Part shown: in pieces, positions 13,942-31,125 of the stretch | Layout of the letters: each line of letters opens with the position of its first letter | How positions within the stretch are numbered: position 1 is the stretch's first letter | Assembly (NCBI GenBank): GCA_951406725.2 | Contig: OX597819.1 | Coordinates: forward strand, 78,616,001-78,680,000 | DNA length: 64,000 nucleotides | Direction of reading: 5' to 3' | Origin: Octopus vulgaris | Taxonomy: Eukaryota | Position numbers and translations under genes: made by a program | The notes under the pieces: generated by a model | Database searches by the model: none | Told to the model about the DNA's origin: nothing | Seen by the model: the letters and a program-made list of their open reading frames with translations, nothing else

Positions 13942-14719
13942 CGTCTGTCCCTTCCCTAAAATTGCCAGATTTGAGTAGATTTCAAAAAAAATGTGGGTTT
14001 TTTCCAGTTTTGAAAATTCGTTTTATCCTTTCGAGGTCGATAAAATAAGTACCAATAATCAACTTGACCACTCACGCGAAATTACTGGGTTTTGCCAAAA
14101 TTTTGAAAACACTAAATTTTTAATAGCATTTATCATTGTGACAAAATGATATGCATGACGCTAACTTTCGGAGACTGAGGTTCTTTTTCCGATAAAAAAT
14201 AACTCACACACACACACACAATCGAGGATACTTCTATGCTTTCAGCGTTCAAATAATGATCGACTGAATTAAAACGGTTGTAAACAACTTGTAAGTGGGT
14301 GGGTACTCCGCCGACACCTGTACCAACCCTAACTGTACCTTGCAGGTGGACTGAACGTGCGTGCCCCCATTACCTCAGAGTTGGGCCATCGAAGGCGGTG
14401 GTGTCTATAGGATGTTAAGCATTGGACTTACATACCCTTACGGCAATTGTTTCAGCTTTGTGTCTAATGAGGCTGCACTTTAGGGCTTGGCTGAGACGGT
14501 GATAGCCTTCGAAAACCATAAACAAGTCCTCGAGTATTTCACTTTCCGTGTCAACATGTCAGACTTTAGTGAAAGATGAATATACATATATACACCGCAT
14601 CTCTCACACACACATACATATATGCACATACACGTATATACATATATGCACACATATACACGTACGCAGATATATGCTTATCTTGTATATATATACACAC
14701 ACATATACATACACATGCC

Positions 14720-14763
<44 letters not shown>

Positions 14764-14767
14764 TATT

Positions 14768-14916
14768 CGACGGCCTTCTTTCAGTTTCACTGAACCATAT
14801 CCACTCACAAAGCTTTGGTCGGCCCGAGACTATAGCCGAAAACAGTTGCCCAATGTGCCATGCAGTGGGACTGAACTCGGAACTATGGGGTCGGTCAGCA
14901 TGCTACTTACCATACA
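14768..14916 (-). mobile_element. SINE family B, 5' half
   Basis: Matches 19285-19448, truncated at the internal microsatellite. Confidence 0.78.
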
Positions 14917-15149
14917 AACAATGTATATTTACACACATATACATACATATACGTACATATCTATCAAGCTATATATATATATATATAATATACAGATATA
15001 TACACACATATTTGTATATATGCATATGCACATATATATAATGCGTAATTTCATACATATTTATACACAAACACCTGCAAACACAGTAGACACTCCTACA
15101 TATAGACCTACATAAACACATATTCACTCACATATAAAACTGACAATAC

Positions 15150-17530
<2,381 letters not shown>

Positions 17531-18727
17531 TGTATGTGTGTATGTTTGTGCATTTTTATCTATGTATACGTAAATAATTGTGGACTGCAAATATGTATAA
17601 GTGTATGTACGAACGCTTGTATGTATGCATGCATGCATGTATGTATGCATGCATGCATGCATGCATGCAATGTATGTATGAACGTAAACACACAACGGCA
17701 GAACTACTGGAATATAACCAGAACTTTTACTGACCCGAGGAGCAATAAAAATTCACAGCAACGGCGTGTCCAGAATTCATAAACCCAATCACACAAAACA
17801 AGGAAAATCGTGAGAAATTATACTGACGATTTAATTAAATAAATGATATAAACACACACTGATGATTATACTTGCTTGCTCCTATCTAAAATCAATATGT
17901 TTATGAAGAAAAATGTATGTGCACGCGGGTGGGTGCATGAGGCCAAGTTGTGTGCGTGACGGTATGGACGTTTATGCTTGCAAGTGTCTGAGCATGTGTG
18001 TTGATAATGTTTAGGTCGGTGTAGCGTTTCCGTGATTATTTTTTTTCTCACAGGTTTTATTTGGAGCACTCTTTAATTCTGTTAGAGCAATTTAAATGGG
18101 AAAAGTACTTCGTTTATACAAATTGGATTCCATCCTTTGAACAACATGTCGTACATGCATACGTTAACACACATATGCATACACACGCCCGTGTACCCAC
18201 GCGCGTACACACATACACATACACATATTCATGCAGGCGGGCAATGAAATCTTTCCGGGTAACTGGATACATACGCGATATGGGTTGCGTTCAACTTCAC
18301 AAGGAGAAAATAAATGGTGTCGAAGATTTTATAAAAATTTTTTTATAATAGCTAATTTTATACGTGCGTGTTTGTGTGTGTGTAAGAATATGCAGATATA
18401 CTTTCTAATGTACATACATTATAAATATATACATATTTGGATACATTTTTTTCTGCAGTTTCAGCTCAGAACTGCGGTCATGCATATATATTTGCATACA
18501 TGCATATATTTATATGTATATATGCATGCATATATATATATATATGAATATATATGTATGTATATATATATATATATGCATGTATACGTATATATGTATG
18601 TATATATATTGTGTATATACATTTATGTATATCCATATGTATATGCTTATATGTGTATATACATATTTGTTTGCATACATGTATATATATATGCATATAT
18701 ATATATGTATATATATGTATGTATATT

Positions 18728-18814
<87 letters not shown>

Positions 18815-18915
18815 GCATATATATATATATGCATATATATATATATATATATATATATGCATATATATATATATATATGCATATATATATATGCATATGT
18901 ATATATATATATATG

Positions 18916-18948
<33 letters not shown>

Positions 18949-18957
18949 GATATATAC

Positions 18958-18994
<37 letters not shown>

Positions 18995-19035
18995 TAAATA
19001 TATATGTATATATACATATACATATATATATATAT

Positions 19036-19448
19036 ACTCTTTACTCTTTTACTTGTTTTCAGTCATTTGACTGCGGCCATGCTGGAGCACCGCCTTTAAT
19101 CGAGCAACTCGACCCCGGAACTTATTCTATTGTAAGCCCAGTACTTATTCTATCGGTCTCTTTTGCCGAACCGCTAAGTGACGGGGACACAAACACACCA
19201 GCATCTGTTGTCAAGCAATGCTATGGGGACAAACACAGACACACAAACACACACACGCATACATATATATATATATACATATATACGACGGGCTTCTTTC
19301 AGTTTCCGTCTACCAAATCCACTCACAAGGCATTGGTCGGCCCGAGACTATAGTAGAAGACACTTGCCCAAGGTGCCACACAGTGGGACTGAACCCGGAA
19401 CCATGTGGTTGGTAGACAGGCTACTTACCACACAGCCACTCCTGCGCC
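19036..19448 (-). mobile_element. SINE family B (tRNA head, CORE-like domain, internal microsatellite, LINE-type tail), full length
   Basis: Minus strand GGCGCAGGAGTGGCTGTGTGGTAAG...GGGTTCAGTCCC...GCACCTTGGGCAAGTGTCTT...(TA/GT)n...GGCGGTGCTCCAGCATGGCCGCAGTCAAATGACTGAA...(GTAAAAGA)2; >10 copies in window. Confidence 0.92.
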
Positions 19449-19449
19449 T

Positions 19450-20193
19450 TATGCATATACATATATAAATATATATGCATACACATATATACATATGCAT
19501 ATACATATATACATATATACATATGCATATACATATATACATATATACATATGCATATACATAGATATATATATATACATATACATATATATGCATATAC
19601 GTATACATATGCAAATGTACGTATATGTATATATATGTATGTATACATATGTATACATAATTTATATATATGTATATATATGTGCGTATATATATGTATA
19701 TATGTATTTATATATTTATGTATATATATGTTTACATATATACATATATACATATGCATATATATATATATACATATATATATATACATATATATATATA
19801 CATATATATATATACACATATATATATACACATATATATATATACATATATATATATACACATATATATATACACATATATATATATACACATATATATA
19901 TATACACACATATATATATATACACATATATATATACATATATATATACACATATATATATACACATATATATATATACACATATATATATACATATATA
20001 TATACATATATATATACATATATATATACATATATATATACATATATATATATACATATATATATACATACATATATATATATACATATATATATACATA
20101 TATATATATAATATATATATATACATATATATATATACATATATATATATACATATATATATACATATATATATATATAATATATATATATAC

Positions 20194-20242
<49 letters not shown>

Positions 20243-20337
20243 CATATATATATACATATATATATATACATATATATATACATATATATATATACATATA
20301 TATATATATGCATATACGTATATATACATATATATAC

Positions 20338-20374
<37 letters not shown>

Positions 20375-20809
20375 CGTATATATACATATATATACATATA
20401 TATATATACATATATATATATATATGCATATACGTATATATACATATATATATGCATATATATATACATACACATATGCATATATATATATATATATATA
20501 CATATATATATGCATATATATATATATATATACACATATATATATGCATATATATATATATATATACACATATATATATGCATATATATATATATGCATA
20601 TATATATATATACATATATGCATATATATATATATACATATATATATGCATATATATATACATACATATATATATATATGCATATATATATATATATATA
20701 CATATATATATGTATATATGCTTGTTCATAAAAGTATACATATACATACGCACGCACCCACGCACGCACTCTTTCTCTCTCTCTCTCTCACCTACACACA
20801 TACATACAC

Positions 20810-20848
<39 letters not shown>
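19450..20848. repeat. Long compound (TA)/(CA) tract ending in (CT)n(CA)n
   Basis: Direct inspection. Confidence 0.96.
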
Positions 20849-20849
<1 letters not shown>

Positions 20850-21179
20850 GGTTACATGTGCGTACTGTCGAGAGCTGGTTTTGCTTTGTGTGGTAAGAAC
20901 GTTGAATGACCTTCATTAATTCATTCATGCATTAGAAAAAGACTTGTAGAATGAACCCTGGAAAGGTAAATTACTACTACTCCGATCAAATCAATGTCAT
21001 GAATACGCCTAATTCTACTAAATGCGTAGAATCTCCCCGTAAGCAAAAGACTTGGTCTCTGCAAGTTGATCAACATGAACAACTTCTGTTTTGTTTTGTT
21101 CTGCTTTGTTTTATTGGAAATTCCCAAACAAGATGAAAAGCAGTTTAGTTAGTGTAAGGGATTATGAAGAAGGAGAAAT

Positions 21180-21282
21180 TAAGACGAAAGAAATGAATTT
21201 ACTTTAGACTTGAAACAGTTCATGTCATAAGAAAGGAGCAAACAATGAGATGGAAGAGACTTCCAAAATCTGAGTTTCGAGG
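21180..21282 (-). mobile_element. Short LINE (CR1-group) ORF2 C-terminal remnant
   Basis: FWKSLPSHCLLLSYDMNCFKSKVNSFLSS* resembles the WNSLP...YDL..FK..V C-terminus of CR1-group RTs. Confidence 0.5.
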
Positions 21283-21283
21283 A

Positions 21284-21290
21284 AATAATG

Positions 21291-21346
<56 letters not shown>

Positions 21347-21347
21347 G

Positions 21348-21393
<46 letters not shown>

Positions 21394-21793
21394 GATATTT
21401 TCTGTTTACCTTCATCGTAAGTTAAATAATGGTAATTCTTGCTACTTATTAGGCACAAGGCCAGAAATTTGGGCAAAGTCAACCTCAGTGGAATTTGAAC
21501 TCAGAACGTTAAGTATTTTGACTGGGGGTGTTAACGATTCTGTCAGCTCACGGGGCTTAGTGATAATGATGATAATAATAATAACAACAACAATAACAAC
21601 AATAATAACAATAATAATTATAATGATAATAATAATAATAATAATAACAACAATAACAATAACAATAACAACAACAATAATAACAATAACAACAATAATA
21701 ATGATAATAGTAATAATAATAATGATAATAATAATAATGATAATAATAATAATAATAATAATGATAATAATAATAATAATAGTAATAATGATA
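21284..21793. repeat. (AAT)n and degenerate (AAT/AAC/GAT)n tracts flanking a decayed SINE-A remnant
   Basis: (AAT)n 21284-21391; GGCAAAGTCAACCTCAGTGGAATTTGAACTCAGAACG at ~21472-21508; second trinucleotide tract 21560-21793. Confidence 0.9.
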
Positions 21794-22782
21794 AATGTAT
21801 ACATATGCATATTTAGTTGCATGTGTAAATATGTTATCGGTAAGTATGTATATATGTATGGATGGATGGATAGACAAGTATGTATATGTGTGTGAATGTA
21901 TATATGTATATCTATCTATCTATATATATATACTTATACACACACACGCGTTAATTGTTTATAAAATCCAATATGACTATATACGCACATAATGGCACAC
22001 GTGTAAACACACCTGTGTTTATATGTGTATGCATTTGTTTTAATATGCATATACACACACATCAACGCAGGAAAGCATTCAGGCACAAATTCTTTTTATT
22101 GCTGTGTTTGGTACAAAGAAAGCCCCCGAAAATCCTATATACCACGCTATTAAGAAAAGCTAAAACAAATAAATAAAATAAAATAAATAGATAAATAAGA
22201 TAAATAAAAGAACAACAACGAGCAATTGAACTTGAATTAGGCGCAGAGCTGTGTAAATGTGTAATTTACAAATGTTATATTCCTTTTAATAATTTTGAAC
22301 AATGACGAGGGGAAAAGAGGAAAAAAAAAAACAGTGTTGATATTATTAAGCGAAACAGGAGATACCGGTGTTGGCGATTGAGGTGGGAATGACGTAGGGA
22401 GGTAGCGGGATAATATAGCAGTGCTGGTCTGTGTCAGCAAATAGTTAATACACACACACACACACACACAAGATCAGAAAGTTAAGGGGACAGTGGACGA
22501 AAACGTTTGACTTCCCTTCCATTCTTGTTTCTGCACTTCTGCACTACTCTCCTTCCCCCCCACTCCTTCCTCTCCTTCTCCCGCTCCCGCCTCACCGCAA
22601 GCAAATTAACCTTCCAGGCGTTGTTGAGTGTTTTTAATAACTTATTTATTTATTTACATTTTGTGAACTGCATCGAACGATGCAACTTTGACGTATCCCC
22701 CCCCACACACACACACATAAATAAATAAATAATACAAAAACACACGCATGCGAGCGCACAAACACACACACACTCACACAAA

Positions 22783-22823
<41 letters not shown>

Positions 22824-23139
22824 TAGTACACTCGTGTTAAACGCACACACACATATATATATATTTATAGATATATTATGCACATGCATATGTAAATATG
22901 GATACATATAAAATATACGCACAATATAATACACACACACACATATATATATACATTTGGTGAATATATATATATGTGTGTATATATATATATGTGTGTG
23001 TGTATATATATGTGTGTGTATGTGTATGTGTGTGTATATATATTTATATATATATTTATAGAAAATATATGTACATATGTTTGTATATACAATATATATA
23101 TTTATATATATTACACACACACTATGTGTATGTAAGTGA

Positions 23140-23153
23140 GTGTGTGTGTGTGT

Positions 23154-23226
<73 letters not shown>

Positions 23227-23770
23227 TATGTAGTGTGATGGTGCAGTGTTACATATTTCTGAATGCCTGCTTTTTGGTACGCGTGTAGATGTCTGTAGTG
23301 AATAAAAACGCGTGTGAATGGTTTAATGATAGCACAGAGTATTGTTTCCGGTGTGCGAGAGGATGTATGTATGTATGGATGGATGGATGGATGGATGGAT
23401 ATGTGTGTATGTATGTATGTATGTATGTATGTGTGTGTGTATGTATGTGTGTGTGTATGTATGTGTGTGTGTATGTATGTATGTGTGTATGTATGTATGT
23501 ACGTGTGTGTGTGTGTGTATGCATGTATGTGTGTATGTATGCATGTATGTGTGTATGTATGCATGTATGTATGTGTGTGTGTGTATGTATGTATGTATGT
23601 AAGTATGTATGTGTTTGTATGTATGTGTGTATGTATGTATGTATGTATGTATGTGTGTGTGTGTATGTATGTCCGTCTTATTACGTCACCTCCGCATTTT
23701 CTTCCCTTTCAGTGAATGTGTAAATTATATTATCTGTATTAGGGAGGGAGAGAGAGAGAGTGAGAGTGAG

Positions 23771-23825
<55 letters not shown>

Positions 23826-23857
23826 AAAGAAAAGAAAGAAAAGAAAGACAGAAAAGA

Positions 23858-23900
<43 letters not shown>
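23140..23900. repeat. (GT)n, (GGAT)n, (GTAT)n, (GAAA)n and (GA)n cluster
   Basis: Direct inspection. Confidence 0.95.
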
Positions 23901-23905
<5 letters not shown>

Positions 23906-24383
23906 GGAGTGTGGGTGAGTGATTATATCGGGGTACAACACACTGTTCTTGCAAGGTTTCGGGCCTAGAATTCAGTCTATAAATATCGACTTCCTCACAA
24001 ATATCCGAGGCTAAACGTCGTAAGATCAAATCACTACCCATCCCCACCTTGGAGAAAATGAACAAAAATAAATAAATATGTAAATAAAATTAAAATAAAT
24101 AAATTAATGAATTTTTAAAAAAATCTAAAGAAACAAAGTTTTGGATAGGTATACATGTTATAAAGTGCATTTCGTGTATATCTCTGCGCGCGTGTGTGTG
24201 TGTGTGTGCGTTATAATCGTAGTATGCGTGTGGCTGAGGTTTAATGTAATTTTTATGTAATTCTTGTTTACAAGTTGTTTGTATGATTAAGCGCTCATGT
24301 GTGATTTTAAAATTTCAGTGAGTGCGAGTGTGTGAGTATTTGTGTGTGTGTGTGTGTGTGAGCGCCTTATACTCAGAAAAACA

Positions 24384-24438
<55 letters not shown>

Positions 24439-24773
24439 GCAATCAGAGATTTAAATTGTAATTATGCTATCGTAACCAGGAGCTTAGTTTCACGTAATTA
24501 CTCGAGTGAGCACGAATGTATGTGTGCGTAGGCTATTATATTCGACATACATACATACATACATACATACACACACACATACTTAGGAATTTATAAAACA
24601 TTTATGTGAAATATATATATGCACATACACATATAGATATATGGACATTTACAACACACACATACACAAGCCTGTGGCATACATACACCAACATAGATTA
24701 TATACAGGTACACAAGCATACACATACGCATGCATACACATACCTATGGACGTATATATATATACATACATAT

Positions 24774-24804
<31 letters not shown>

Positions 24805-24955
24805 CATACATACATATATACATACATACATATATATATATATACATATACATACATACATACATACATATACATACATACATACACATACATACATACA
24901 TACACACACATATACATACATGCATACATATACATGCATACATATATACATACAT

Positions 24956-24988
<33 letters not shown>

Positions 24989-25005
24989 TACATACATACA
25001 CACAC

Positions 25006-25138
<133 letters not shown>

Positions 25139-25706
25139 TGTGTGTATGTAAGGCAGGCTACGGAGACATAACTATGTGTATGGTACAACATCGTGACCTC
25201 ACCCTCTGGCTAAAACCAGTGGTGTAATACAAGAAAACAAATGCATATACATGTATATATGTATGTGTGTGTGTGTGTGTGTATACAGACACAAACACAT
25301 TCTTAGATTTCATTCACATATGCGCGCGCGCGTGTATCTGTGTGTGTGTGTGATGGTAGCTATATTTTTTATGAGTGCATATATTTCATACACGCATACG
25401 AACACAAACAGGCATACAAATACTCACAAACACATACATTCACCTACATATAAATATACATCCATAAACATACAGTTAAAGACAGATATATAAGCATAAA
25501 TATACACATATGCACGTATATATACATACGTATATGTATACATAAATAGGTAAATACATACAGGTATGCACAAACATATATAGCCAGGTACATACCTACA
25601 TATACATATACATATATATATATATATATATATATGTACATACATCACATCCATGTGCATACATATCTAGATATATAAATATATATATGTATCTATATAT
25701 ATACAT

Positions 25707-25747
<41 letters not shown>

Positions 25748-26311
25748 TATATGTATGTATGTATATATATATATACACATATATATGTGTGTGTGTATAT
25801 GTATATACGTATGTATGTGTGTATGTATGTATATATATATGTGTATATACATGTATGTATGTATATATATATGTATATATACATGTATGTATGTATATAT
25901 ATATATGTATATATGCAGTGTATATACATATATATATATATACATACAAATATATACATATGTATACATACATATATATATATATATATATACATACAGA
26001 TATATATATATATATATACATACAGATATATATATATATATACATACAGATATATATATATACATATGTCTGTATATGTATGTATATATATATATATATA
26101 TACTGTGTGTATATACATATGTGTATATCTTTATGCATATATATATACATGTGTATATGTCATATATATATATATACATGCATATATATGTATATATATA
26201 TATATATACATTCATATGTACATACACACACAAATATATATGTGTATATATGCATATATATATATATATGTATACATATATATGCATATATATATATATA
26301 TATATGTACAT

Positions 26312-26750
26312 GCGACAAACTGGAGACGACTGGATGTGAAGTATCCTGAGATCATTCAGAACCAGAGATAAGGAAACCATGACGGTCCTCTGGAGGATAT
26401 TCGCCCTTTAGTCGCTTGGAGCTATATATAATCACCCAACAACGTAAAATAAACAGCAGTCCTTGAAGCAATCCAGCGAAACTTCACAAGGAAGATCGTC
26501 ACATTGCAACAGCTCAGCTACTGGGAAAGGCTGAAACAGCTAAAGACTCTACTCCCTCGTGCGAAGACGAGGAGATGCAGTAATATACATCTGGAAGATC
26601 CTGGAAAGAATTGTGTCAAATTTTGACATTGAAAGCTATACCAATGCCAGAACGGGACGACACTGTGTAGTGGCAAAGATCCCAACAATGCCATCGCACT
26701 TCAGGACAAGTTACTGCAACAGCCTAGGTGTCAGGGGCTCACAGTGCCGA
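26312..26750 (+). mobile_element. CR1-like LINE ORF2 fragment (copy 1, frameshifted)
   Basis: EAIQRNFTRKI...SYWERLKQL...[32 protein letters not shown]; near-duplicate of 29852-30280. Confidence 0.8.
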
Positions 26751-28879
26751 GCTGAGACTGCTTAGAAAATAAAAACAGAGAACAAAATACATATACTCAT
26801 ATACTTATACACACACACACACATATATATATATATTTCTATATACATATGTATACAAATATATATATACATATATACACATACATATATGTTGATGCTT
26901 ATATATACATATGCATACATATATATACTTAATGTTCAGACATTCATTATAATAGCATTTTCGCGCGATCGCTGTGTTTACTATCTGTATGGACTTAAAT
27001 ATTGGTCGCAATTTAGCATATAATTTAGTTATTGCGGTTTACTGAAGTTTAATGTATATTGATGTCTATGTAATTCGTTGAAGTTTCATTACAAGTTGTT
27101 TGTCTGATTAAGCGCTCGATTGAAATAACGTGTTTTTAAAATTTAGTCTTATACTGTACAACGGAAGACGGTGGGACATATGATACTTGTATGACAATAC
27201 AATTGTCGCTGTTCAGTTACGTATGTCGGAGTGGTTGTAATTTACTTATAGAATTTATTAATCGAAACGGTTATTACATCGGGTATATATGTGTTATATA
27301 TATATATGCGATGCTTTTGGTTCGTTTGTTTCCAATCAGACATATTAAATTGTAATTGTTGACGTCCCTGGATTGAATAGTGTTGCACAGGTGTCGAATT
27401 ACCATAATGATATAAGTATGGCAGCTGATGATGGAGGTACGTATGATTGTTGGTATGGCTGTTTTTGTATATGGGGAATAGTATTTCTGGTCTATTGATA
27501 TGCACCTTGTCTGAATATATTATGCAAATCGCTTTGTTTTTAATGAAATGAATGTACATGTACATAGGAAGCATGAAGACTTAAGGATGTTGGTACAAAT
27601 GCTCTTTCTTAATTGTGACATACATCCGATCATAGATTACATACAGGTACATAAGCGATACACATACTGCATTGTGTTGACAGACCTATGCAAATGTTGC
27701 AAATATATAACTATGGACGTGTGTATATATATACATATATATATATATATTTTTTATTTTGCAGGTCATAATATAATCATGGTTAAAAAGAATGATATTA
27801 GAGCGTCTGAAATGCAGGAATTAAGTAATCTTTTAAGTGATGGCATACCGCTATACATTTCGATGCATATATACATCGACATATATATGCATACATACAT
27901 ATACATACATACATATACATACATACATACATATACATACAGAGATACACACACATATACATACATACGCTATACACACACACACATGCTCAGATATGAT
28001 ATGGCTAGGATTGTATGTAGTAAAGAGAGACAGGTGTAGATGTATAACTATCGTGTCATTGGCTACAACATCGTGACCTCGCCAGCCTCCTCTATCTAAA
28101 CCAGTGGTGATAATACGTCTAAGAGAATAAATGCATACCTACATGTATATATGTATGTGTGTGTGTGTGTGTGTGTATACAGATGGTCACAAACACATTC
28201 TTGGATGGGTTCATGTCAGGCCATATGGTCCTGTGTGTGTGACGGCTGCAAGTAGGTGGTGGTATAATGATACGGGCTTCTCTTGTTTAATAGAACCACA
28301 TTGGACCATTTAAAGTCGTCGAATGTGTAAACCTCAACAGCTACTACTTGTGAATTCTTGAGTGCATATACTTTCTTTGATGACACGGGCGTTAGCCTAC
28401 AGTTTCAACACAAAAGTGTAGGCATACAAATACTCACAAACACATACATTCACCTACATATAACGCATATACGATTTGCATAAGACATACAGTTAAAGGA
28501 CTGGCCAGATATATAAGCATAGAATATACACATATGCACGTCATATAAACATACGTATATGTATACAGTACAACAGTAAGGTAGAACAGTAGGATGCATA
28601 CAGGTACATTGCACCTACATATATATATATACACAACATACATACGATGGACAACATCCATGATTCGTATACATATCTAGATACATAAATAGTCATATCA
28701 TCATGTATCTTGTATATACACATATATATATAAAAACATCGTATCTATGATTAGTACACAAAATTCATATGGGTTCATATATTTTAACTGTCTTCATACG
28801 CAGAACAAATACCAATTCCAACACGTGCATAATAACTTCAGACAGCCAATTACAGATATACATATATACACATGTACAT

Positions 28880-28958
<79 letters not shown>

Positions 28959-29243
28959 TATATATATATATATATATATATACATACAGATATATATACA
29001 TACAGATATATATACATACAGATATATATACATACAGATATATATATATATACATATATATATACATATGTCTATATATGTAAGTATATATATATATATA
29101 CTTACATATACATACATACATATATATATATATATACATACAGATATATATATATATATACATACAGATATATATACATACAGATATATATATATACATA
29201 TGTCTATATATGTAAGTATATATATATATATATATACATATAC

Positions 29244-29288
<45 letters not shown>

Positions 29289-29292
<4 letters not shown>

Positions 29293-29509
29293 ATATTTCG
29301 GAATGGTCATATTGCCAGTTTAGCCAATAAAAACACACGCACTATATATTTGGTGTTATTTTGCTTCAGTGATATTTATTTATTTTATATTTATTTTTAT
29401 TTTTTTTTTACATTAATGTAAAAAATAAATATCACTGAAGCAAAATAACACCAAATATATATATATGTATATTATTGGCTAAACTGGCAATATATTCCGA
29501 AATATAACA
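29289..29509. repeat. ~220-bp imperfect palindrome (foldback)
   Basis: Arms TGTTATATTTCGGAAT..ATATTGCCAGTTTAGCCAATAA..TATATTTGGTGTTATTTTGCTTCAGTGATATTTATTT mirror around TACATT|AATGTA (centre 29414/29415) with no spacer. Confidence 0.92.
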
Positions 29510-29566
29510 ATATCTGTTTCAACACACGACTTCACATAAAAAATCTTGCACAACAAATATTTAAAC

Positions 29567-29609
<43 letters not shown>

Positions 29610-29732
29610 ATTATATAGAAGGAGCTTCTACAGGACTAGAACTGTTTCATTCAAGAGAAATCTTCTTAATTTTACTCTGCTATGTATTGAGTACCTTATT
29701 TACTGTGGTTAACCCCGAATCAACCCGGGACC

Positions 29733-29806
<74 letters not shown>

Positions 29807-29851
29807 TAGATATATAAATATATACACACACATATATATATATATATATAC

Positions 29852-30280
29852 GCGACAAACTGGAGACGACTGGCTGGAAGTATCCTGAGATCATTCAGAA
29901 CCAGAGATAAGGAAACCATGACGGTCCTCCGGAGGATATTCGCCTTTAGCCGCTTGGAGCTATAATCACCCAACAGCGTAAAATCAACAGCGGTCCTTGA
30001 AGCAATTCAGCGAAACTTCACAAGGAAGATCGTCACATTGCAACAGCTCAGCTACTGGGAAAGGCTGAAACAGCTAAGACTCTACTCCCTCGTGCGAAGA
30101 CGAGAGGGTATGCAGTAATATACATCTGGAAGATCCTGGAAAGAATTGTGTCAAATTTTGACATTGAAAGCTATACCAGTGCCAGAACGGGACGACACTG
30201 TGTAGTGGCAAAGATCCCAACAATGCCATCGCACTTCAGGACAAGTTACTGCAACAGCCTAGGTTTCAGGAGCCCTCAGC
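29852..30280 (+). mobile_element. CR1-like LINE ORF2 fragment (copy 2)
   Basis: [16 protein letters not shown]...LEAIQRNFTRKIVTLQQLSYWERLKQLRLYSLVRRRE...IYIWKILE...SYCNSLGFR; stops and frameshifts present. Confidence 0.85.
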
Positions 30281-30344
30281 GCCTAGCTGAGACTGCATAG
30301 AAAATAAAAACAGAAAAAATACATATACACACACACACACACAC

Positions 30345-30396
<52 letters not shown>

Positions 30397-30448
30397 TTCT
30401 ATATACATATGTATACACATATATTTATATATACATATAGACATATAC

Positions 30449-30495
<47 letters not shown>

Positions 30496-31125
30496 CATAT
30501 ATGTTGATGCTTATATATACATATGCATACATATATATACTTAATGTTGAGACATTCATTATAATAGCATTTTCGGAAGATCGCTGGGTTTACTATCTGT
30601 ATGGACTTAAATATTGGTCGCAATTTAGCATATAATTTAGTTATTGCGGTTTACTATTAATACCGATCCAATGTATATTGATGTCTATGTCTTCGTTGAA
30701 GTTTCATTAAAGTTTATGTCTGATACTGCTCGATTGAAATAACGTGGTTTTTAAGAATTTAGTCTTATACCGTACTACGGAAGACGGTGGGAAATATGAT
30801 ACTTGTATGACATATACAATTGTCGCTTTTCAGTTACGTATGTCGGAGTGTGTACATATATACTTATACGTACATATACATACATATATCGTACAAACAT
30901 ATATATATATATATAAATAAATATATATATATTGCGACGAGCTTTTGGTTCGTTTGTTTCCACACAAACACATATTTTCGGGCTGTTGACGTCCCTGGAT
31001 TGAATAGTGTTGCGCAGGTGTCGAAACCATAATGATATAAGTGTGGCAGCTGATGATGGAGGTACGTATGCTTGTTGGTATGGCTGTTTTTTCTATATGG
31101 GGAATAGTATTTCTGGTTTATTGAT

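Noticed and set aside
21245-21895. Poly-N/poly-I ORF of 216 aa
   Set aside because: Translation of (AAT)n tracts plus LINE and SINE remnants.
27548-28313. Apparent second transposase copy or novel chimeric ORFs
   Set aside because: Lies inside the mosaic region likely produced by consensus merging.
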